DNA of 55,431 nucleotides, the filler included, from Sphacelaria rigidula (Eukaryota), in the NCBI GenBank assembly GCA_964200075.2. It is 6 parts of 6 records of this genome, joined end to end, with 100 filler letters (N's around TTAATTAATTAA, not from the genome) between each part and the next. Parts side by side here need not be neighbours in the genome. Positions count along the whole stretch, not along the records: positions 46,278 to 55,431 come from CAXNAA020009166.1; 5 more parts are not named here. The stretch is one strand, 5' to 3'. Of the stretch, positions 47,400 through 55,431 are shown piece by piece. The notes beneath the pieces are model-generated. The model saw only the letters and a program-made list of their open reading frames with translations. It did not search any database and was not told the origin of the DNA. Numbering within the stretch: the stretch's first letter is position 1; the number at the start of each line of letters is the position of its first letter. The translations under genes and the position numbers were made by a program.

Positions 47400-50337
47400 C
47401 GGCTCGGCGCGTCACCGGTGTCGGGGGTTCCGCGCGTTCAATCCCAAGGAGGAGAGAGATGTGAAAAGTGCTACGGAAACAGGTTGCGGTTTTTCCGAGT
47501 AGGGAAACTTCAGATTATGGTGGCTAGGGAAGTCACTGGTCCCAGAGTAAATCCCGCGGAGAAACGGGCAAATTCCGCAAAGGGAAACGGGAAAGTGTGG
47601 ATACAGGGTAAATTCCTCAAAAAAGCACGGGAGAGAATAAACGGAATAATACTGGCCGCTGGTGCGTCGGACTTCGAAGGAATGGTGCGCTTTCAGGCCC
47701 CGTGATTGTTGCACCTGCGTCCAGAGACGCGGAATGCGGACAAACATAATGAATAAGAATAGTATATATATGTGCACAAGAACCCCCGAATCTGACTCTC
47801 GAAACGTTAAATATAGCACAAAACTAAATTCTTGCACACATACGCCTTGTTGCATGTCATGCGAGCAGGTAGTGAAACCCTCGCATATGCCCGGCTGCCA
47901 TCCCACCCGGCACATGCCACAAATGTGGTTGACAACATTTCTCGGCCGACAGGCGTAGAACCTGCGGTGCCGATTTTAAATATGAGGGCAATTGCTGGCG
48001 GCCACGTTGGCGACGAAGACACAGTAGTAGATGAGCCCAGTCCCCAATCGTATGGGAAACACAGGGCGGTTGCACTGTTCTGTGACTCTGGGGCGCCAGT
48101 CGCGGTCGTCGGTGGTGCGGTGGGTGGCGGCGACGACCGACGACGCTCGCAGAGTGAAAACGTAGAGAGGCTATCGCCGGGGGAAGGCCCGACGTACACA
48201 GTCTCTAGTACCTGCGCACCGGAGGTGAACACACGGGTTCTATCGGCATCCACTGCGGCGACGACACTCCTCCAAGAAGTGGGCACCACAACTCGCAAAG
48301 GCCGAGTGTGGCATGTGGGCATTTCGACGACAGAGGCATGGCAGAGGCGGCCCCGCGGACATACTTGCGGCGGTGATAGGCCGACGATCAAGCGGGGCGG
48401 CGTCGGTGCCGACGACGGCGCCGAACACTAGTCTGCGCACCCGCGCAGGGGTTTCAGAGATTCCGCGGTCGTATCTTGCCGCGTTGACAGGCCACGAGAG
48501 GGGGGAGGAAGCGGAGGCAGGAGAATCGCGCGCGCAAAGTGACGCGCTCCCCGCCCCTTCTCCTCGTCACCTGTTGTGGTGGCGTGATGGTAGTGGACCT
48601 GATAGGAGTATCCACAGCGCACCTGGACCCGGCGCAGGTGAGGGAGAGATGTCCACAGTCCACTTCATCATACATTCCGGAAGGTTGTTTGGGAAATCCC
48701 CGAAGAAGTGGCTGTTGACTTCCATGGACACTGATCAGTGGATCATTGTACTTCTGGCGATGGCCTCCGGGTGTATCAAGCCGCATGGCTCAGGCGCCGT
48801 GCTAGTCACTGTCAAACGCATCGTGATTGGTGGCCCTCGGTACATACTGGTGAACCGGGTGTACGGTGCGATCGATAATCTGAGGGACGGGAGCGAGAAT
48901 GCTTGGCTGCTCGACGGCCATTACGGTTGGCTGACACCATCAATCAAGGTGGCACTGTTCGTTTTGACTTACCTGCTGGCCGGGTGTGATTTTTTGCCAC
49001 ATGTGTCCAGGATTCCTTTGCTGAAGATGTGGGATCTCGTTCTGAAGGCCATTCGCACGCCGAACCTCTTCACGAAAGCGATACTGGCGGACAAAGATGG
49101 GAGGCTCAGAGTGGAGATGGACGAGGGCGTGAAGCTTCTGGCCACCGTTATCTTTTTCAGGTTCGAAAACGCTTTCTCGCAAGTTGCCACGGATCCGGGG
49201 ATTCTGTTCACCACGTGCGGACAGGATTTGGCGCCGTACGTGAACAAGATCCGCCTGTGCATCATCACAGCGCATGGGCACCAGCCTTCCCGCTGCTGCC
49301 CAGACTTGGACGCATGTAAGAAGCACGTCAGTAAGACCGATGCAGTGTTGGAATACTGGGGAGGAAGCTTCCTGCGCAGCATGTTTCCCGTGAACTTCAA
49401 CGGACGCGGGTGGGGCATAGAGCCGGAGAGGAGGACTCACCACAAGGGTGGTGCAAAAGCGTCGATACCAGCGGGGGTGGAGTTATCACGCGATAACATT
49501 GTGGTGTACTTGTCGAGTCACACATACGTCGACACTTCCGGAAACGTGCAAGTACTCAGATGCACATGCAACCCGGAAAGGGCGGCGACAAAACACAGAT
49601 GTCGGAGTTGCAGGTGTTTGGGCAACTGCACTCTGAGGTGCGGTTGCCAGGGTCGCTGCTTCGTGCCCCCGCCCCCTTCGCGAGCGGCCGACGCGAATCC
49701 CGCTGAGGAAACCGGCGACGGACACAGCGGTGCACGCGGCCGATCGCGAGACGGGAGAAGCCGATCAACAGCGAAGCATGCAAGGGGCGGGTCGGCTGCA
49801 TCACGTGGAATGGGGGCGGCATCTCGAGCAAGCACCGCACCAGGGACACCTGTTGATGCGACTGATGGTGAGGAGCCTCGCCGTCGCGGCGCCGGGAGGG
49901 AGGTGGTGGGGGGAGCGCAGTCGGGACCAGGTCCGATCAGTGAAATCGACGGCGTAGACGGCCGCGCACGCGGCCGACCTCGCAAGGGGAAAGGCCGGTC
50001 AACAATGAAGCATGCAAGGGGCGAGTAGGATGCATCCCGCGGAAGGGGCGCGGCAGGTGGAGCGAGCAACGCGCCAGGGGCACCTGTTGATATGACTGAT
50101 GGTGAGGGGCGTTACGGGCACGGCGGCGGGAGGCATGGGGTAGGGAGGGCGCATCCGGGAGAAGAGCCCATCAGTGCCTACTTTTTCGACGGCGGATCAG
50201 ATAAACCCGCCGGACACACGTCGAACTTTGCAGTCGGAATCTGGATCGGAGATTCGGATTCAGAATGCAGCGGGTCCGAGAGAGAGGACTCGGCAACGGA
50301 AGCGGGCGATGACAATGAGGAAGATTTTGCGTTCTGA
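47400..50337 (+). mobile_element. Decayed Academ (AcademX)-like transposon ORF: PIN/XPG-like nuclease, Cys cluster, basic/acidic tail
   Basis: ORF 48313-50028 has GEGE (48637), SMDTDQW (DTD at 48727), LLAGCDF (GCD at 48982), YW...GRGW and CxC-x10-CxxCxC-x3-CxxxCxCxxxC (49561-49659). The upstream part is frameshifted; an in-frame TAG at 50026 is followed by a continuing frame to 50337. No TIR or DDE domain located. Confidence 0.65.
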
Positions 50338-51557
50338 TTTCAGTCTGTGGATAATATTGGGATTGTTTTGTCTATATATAGAGAGATTGCGCAAACGTTC
50401 CTGTACAGTTCAAGGTTGTTTTTTTCCAGGCTGTAGTCGTTAGCCGTGTATTATGTACATGGCGATGATGGTTCGTGTATGTGCGGTGCACCGTGGGGTA
50501 CAAAAGTGTATGGGGAGTGATCTGGCTACGCCCGTCAGCGAATCGCCTGTGGTGCATCAGGCTATATAGTAATGTCAATCAAGTGAGTGTTTCAACGCAA
50601 CGCGACTCATCGGCGACGACACCATGGTATGCCAGTGAACATTCCGACTTACCGTGCAGCACTACCATCGCTCGCGCCTCAACGTTACGGCATTCGTGGA
50701 AGGAGAGAACCGCCGGGAATCATCCGAATCACTACTGTGTTGAACAGTTGGACGAAAAATATCGGGTGGTGTTCTTTGTCACACTCTCGGCGATATCCCT
50801 GATGCTGCACCATCTGCACCGAACCGGAGGGTCGTGTCACCACTGGTCTTACGCATCATAGATCGGGTCGATTTTCGGAACGTTAGATATTACCCGCTTC
50901 TTATGGCAAACGCAACATGTTGAACTACTGCTTTTTCCTTTTATTTCTTCGTTTTGGGCGTAGATGATGGCTGGGCGGATGTTGCCTCCTCGGTATGCCT
51001 TGCGTTCATCCTCGGAAAATCTGTCGCGTCACATAAACGTTCTGAGGTGCTTGTGTCTTGTTTGTTTAGCTGAAGTTGTGTGTTCGTCCTCGAACTATGA
51101 ACATCAGTCGAGTCCAGAATAAGGTAGTAGTCAGGTGTAGAAAACCATGGCAATCATCACCTCGTGTCGACTGTTCTTAGACAAAATGCCAGTCCAGTCG
51201 AACACAAATCTGCGGCCACCGGAAAATGCGAACGTGATACGGGTTGTTCCCCCGGTCTTGACCACTCTGGCAGAAGAGTGTATGTGGAAATGAAATAATC
51301 TGCCACTACTCAAAAAAAATAATCTTCCTCGAGCTTTTTTGTTTCCTTAAAGTACAGGAAGCCATTAGAAGCTGTCAATATCCCCCTGGCTCCCTTTAGG
51401 GCGCGAAATAACATAGACGAACAGAAACATAGAGCTGCAAGCTGGGCCAGTAGTAAATGCCGCATTCGCATGTCACACCATAAGTTATCAACTTTACCAA
51501 GTCAGCCCGACTTGAGTGTATTGGTGTGACCTGCAGGCCAACGTGGTAACGCATGGG

Positions 51558-51995
51558 ACCGCCGCTGAATGAAGAACACATTGTACTGCATAATGAATCA
51601 CCTTACCGACGGAACAGAAAAAAAAGGAATCCGTCGGGATTCGAAGTCGTGACGTCCATAACTGGCGTCAACTGTATCACTTGGGTTAAATGGGCGCGGC
51701 CGCGCCACACGACAAGCTGGATGCTGCGCCAAATTTTTCAAAGTTTTGGCCACAGCTGCACCAGGATCTCCTCCGGTGAAGGACGCAACAGCCACAGTAG
51801 GGATGCCCACGTTTTTTTTTTTTCGCGGAGTTCAAGCATTAACTGCACATCCTTTTTTCTTCCCGGCATCCCCGGGAAGGCTGTGTGTAGTGACGATAAA
51901 AATGTGGTGTCAAAATTTTAGCGCCCAATGCTTCGAATTTCCCACCGCCCGGCCCGGATACATCCGCAAATCACTGTCAGCTGGCCCAGCTCGCA
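51558..51995. repeat. Second copy of the dispersed repeat with tRNA-like module (see 20875-21400)
   Basis: Colinear shared blocks; minus-strand TTCGAATCCC followed by a T-run. Confidence 0.75.
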
Positions 51996-53065
51996 CAGTG
52001 TTTTTTTGGCGTTGTTCGTCCGCCATGGGAACTGACCTTAGAGGCGGAGGGGTCACGGCTTCGCTGGCGACAGTATGCGTGTGTGTACGCCACGTTTTGG
52101 GAAGCGACCTCGCGTGCCACCGCAGCTAGAATGTCATGCATATGTCTAAACATCTTCTCTGCTGACAGGCAACGCTGTTGCTTCGATGGAAAAGTGTGGG
52201 GGAAAATATCTACAACAACGAACACACCTAAACGCGGCGCAATTCCCGCCGGCTTATTTTGGATACCGGCTTCCTTTGTATAGGATACGCTTTTCCACCG
52301 CATCTCATGTATCCCAACACCCCGCACTGAGATGGCAATATCTCGATACACACAGCCGCTGCAGCAAGAAATCAAGTTGCTCTGTGTAGCTAAGACGCAT
52401 ATATATATCAGTCCTCGAAGTCGCAGCTGCGCAAACCCCTTGCCTCGGATGAAAATATTGACTTATAGTGATGTTCATCTATTGCAATTTCGGCACGATA
52501 CCGAGAACTACTCAGTGCGATTTTGATTTTAAACGAGAGCTATTGGCAATCATGACTCGTCTGTTGAGTTTCAGCTGGTTGCCATTCGTGCACGGCGAGT
52601 GATCTGCGATCGCGTGTAGGTCGGCCATATTGGAAAATGACTTTTGGGATTGTACAGATTTCCGTGGGTTTTCCCCCGGTTATCCGTCGATCGTTCGTGT
52701 GCTGTACTGGATGGAATTGAACCGGACTTCAACGGAGGGGTAGCGTACGACGATTACTATAGCTGTGCATCACGATAGTTGTCATTTTTCTAACCTGTCG
52801 ACTTATTCACTTCACAAAGTCGCTTTTGGGGGGTCGTGAAGAACGTGACACTAAACTGGGCGAAACACTGCACACACAGTGACACAGAAGTGGATAACGA
52901 CAACATCGTCAAAAGCGGGATTCATCAAGTCTGGTCATGTACAGCCTCATCGTCCCATGCTATCGAGGAGAACACGAGTCGAATAAAAGAAGCGTCGATA
53001 CACGGTCGGAGTGACTGTACATTGAGGAGTTTGCGTGCTTTTTAAAATTTGCAAATTGTTCCCCA

Positions 53066-53120
53066 GGTACGGGTACGGGTACGGGTACGGTACAGTACGG
53101 TACTACTGTCTACGGTACCG
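53066..53120 (+). repeat. (GGGTAC/GGTAC)n short tandem repeat
   Basis: Direct reading of the sequence. Confidence 0.85.
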
Positions 53121-54999
53121 TGCTGTGCCTGGTCTTGTACAGCGGATAAAGGGCAGTACAGACAGCACCGACGGTATTCACGCACTGAGGGCTGAGAAGT
53201 GTAGCGAACGACACCTGAGGGCTGCAGAAAAGAAATCGAAGAAGCACCTGCAATCTCAAGCTGAAGAGGAGAACCATGCCGCGACTCGATCACCGGAGGC
53301 TGGAGTCGCTGTTCTCCTCTTCCGGTGGGGTGCCACCGTCCCTAGAGGGAACCGGACAAGGGCCCGCGGAGCGACGACGAAACTTGAAGATCGCGCTTAG
53401 CTTTCAAATGGCAAGTCCGCAGTACTACAGACAGCAGCATACAGACAGGAGTGGTGGTGGTAACTTTACAACAGTTCACTATGTGGAACGCGGCCCTCGG
53501 ACACGAAGCAAACCCTCATTCTCTGGTCGTGAAATATAGAAACTTTGTGTGGGGTGTTTGAAACTGCACGTTCAACATATGACGTGTAAGGCCGTTTCTT
53601 CCGGTTATTTGCAAATAAGGAGGGAAAATAATAAGATGGCTGTTTTGACCCGTGACAATGTCCACCACCCGGCGCGTTATTGCCTCTCTACTTCGAATCA
53701 ATTGTCGTTGTCACCCCCACTGCATTTTCAGTACGTATCACTTGTTTTTCCTGTAGTGGACGCTGGCTTTATTCGCATCACCAGCAATAACAACGCGTGG
53801 GAGACACACTCGACGCGCACAGCTACCACAGAGAGATTCGCACTGCCATTTATCCCAAAACTTAGCCGCGTGAGGAAGCATGGACCCGTCGGCGCGTAGT
53901 ACGGACTAGCGCTTTCCAGCACGGTGGCTATCACGGGCAACGTGCGTAGGCGTTGTCGCACCATCAAAACGCGGATCGTTTCTCGCCCGAGGAAGAGCAG
54001 CAGCAGCAGTATCGGCACCGGCTGATTCAAACCCACCCACAACTGTATATATCCACTGGTAGTAACGCTGCTGCTGCTACTGCTGTTGCTATTTCTTTTT
54101 CTCCTTCTCGAGCGGGAGGCCGTAGACATTTTGACCGGCGACAGTGCACATACACCCTTGCGCGTGATTGCCGCCCTGCCTGAGGTCGCTGGTCTATTCG
54201 TGTGCTGTTTTCGTAATGACATCACGCGTCTTTCCCCCTACATTGGAACGGCGTGTGATTTCTCGTGAAAATAAATTTGTGAACCGTTACGTCACCATCA
54301 CTATATACCTGTATCACGAAATGATTATCACCTTCCTTGTTTCGTCAAAATGCGCCTTCTGATATATATATATATCTTCTTGGGGTGCTGTTGTAGAGAT
54401 GCACACCTCCTAGGTCACACAACTTAAACATCCATGTACAACTCCAAATTTTAGGCCTTACTAGTGTCCATTTTGACCCCGGTTCAGAATCGTAGCGGGA
54501 AAAAAACGCAGTTGAAATTCTTGAAAAATAAAATTTTGAACCGCTCCCGTAAGAGTTGGCCTTACGGTTGGTTATTTCACAAGATCCTCGGGGAAAAATT
54601 ACGAGACGGGGGACATGTTACGAGATGGGCCATCCTGGCTTGTATCTTGTGAGAAAATACGAGACGAGATCGACTTGTATTCTCGTCTTGTATTTTTCAT
54701 TCGAGACGCGGCGAGACTAGCAACGCCCGCCAGCCCTGAATATGTTTGTGCCCTTCGACATCTACGGGGCTCTCCTGACAGCAATGTTGAACATCCACAG
54801 CGCCGTTTATACACTAGACCAAACTTTGCTTCGCCATCCGGCGCACGCGAGATGTCGTCAGGGGCTGATGATCTATTGGCATCAATCGTGCTCTCGAAAA
54901 CCTGCCGCACAGACAGTACCCAGCGCAGAGATTACAGGGTACTACTCTGTGCTGTCTCATGCAGTGAGTTGTTGTAGGTGTCAGTTTGCACACAGCAGT

Positions 55000-55431
55000 A
55001 GTATGCATGGCTGTAGTAAAAGTGATGCGTACAAGGTGAGATATGTGGACAACATGCAATACAGACAACACCAGGCAGAACTGTACTGTCTGCACTGCTG
55101 CATTGAACAGTAGGGTCTACATGCCATGCTGCACCCAACGACTGCCGAAAATGATTTGGACGACGTGCAGTACGGTAGCATGGAAATGTCGGTTTGCCAG
55201 TACAGTACAGAGTAGTACAACGGCTGCACTAAATCTGATGTGGGCAACGTGCAGTGCAGACATAATTAAGCAGTACAATACTGCCTGCTCTTCCTGCCGC
55301 ATACGGCAGTATACATGCGCACATGTCAGGTTGGAGACGGTAATATACAACGGCTGCACTAAAATTGATGTGGAGGAGTGCATTAGACAATACAGTACTT
55401 TGGTCTGTACTGGCGCATGCGGGATATGGTA
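55000..55431 (+). repeat. Degenerate tandem repeat with about 130-bp period
   Basis: TACAACGGCTGCACTAAA..TGATGTGG at 55216 and 55346, with weaker copies near 55010 and 55140. Confidence 0.6.

Noticed and set aside
52836-54268. Possible plus-strand exons
   Set aside because: Could not build a consistent spliced frame or recognise a product.

Overview
Eukaryotic, intron-rich, repeat-dense genomic DNA whose repeat content and exon style resemble a brown alga (Phaeophyceae); the taxon is my inference. The window is not one locus. It is six contigs of 9156, 9156, 9156, 9155, 9154 and 9154 bp joined by identical 100-bp N44-TTAATTAATTAA-N44 spacers, i.e. unplaced contigs concatenated in size order, so nothing across a spacer is a real neighbour. 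Two host genes can be reconstructed by hand with canonical GT-AG splice sites. One is a complete 4-exon, 301-aa secreted and membrane-anchored DOMON protein (minus strand, 35878-32762). The other is the last 9 exons (444 aa) of a SLAC1/TehA (TDT) family anion channel fused to a C-terminal hemerythrin-like domain with degenerate metal ligands (plus strand, 37581-45452); its first visible intron holds a miRNA-like hairpin. The rest is mostly mobile DNA: a 5'-truncated Ty1/copia element with 3' LTR and PPT, a Ty3/gypsy LTR-gag relic, RTE-like LINE relics, tRNA-headed SINEs (one with a 9-bp TSD, one split by a TIR element), ~100-bp TTAA-flanked MITE chains, several ~41-43-bp minisatellites, and a decayed PIN/XPG-nuclease plus Cys-cluster ORF resembling Academ (AcademX) transposons.
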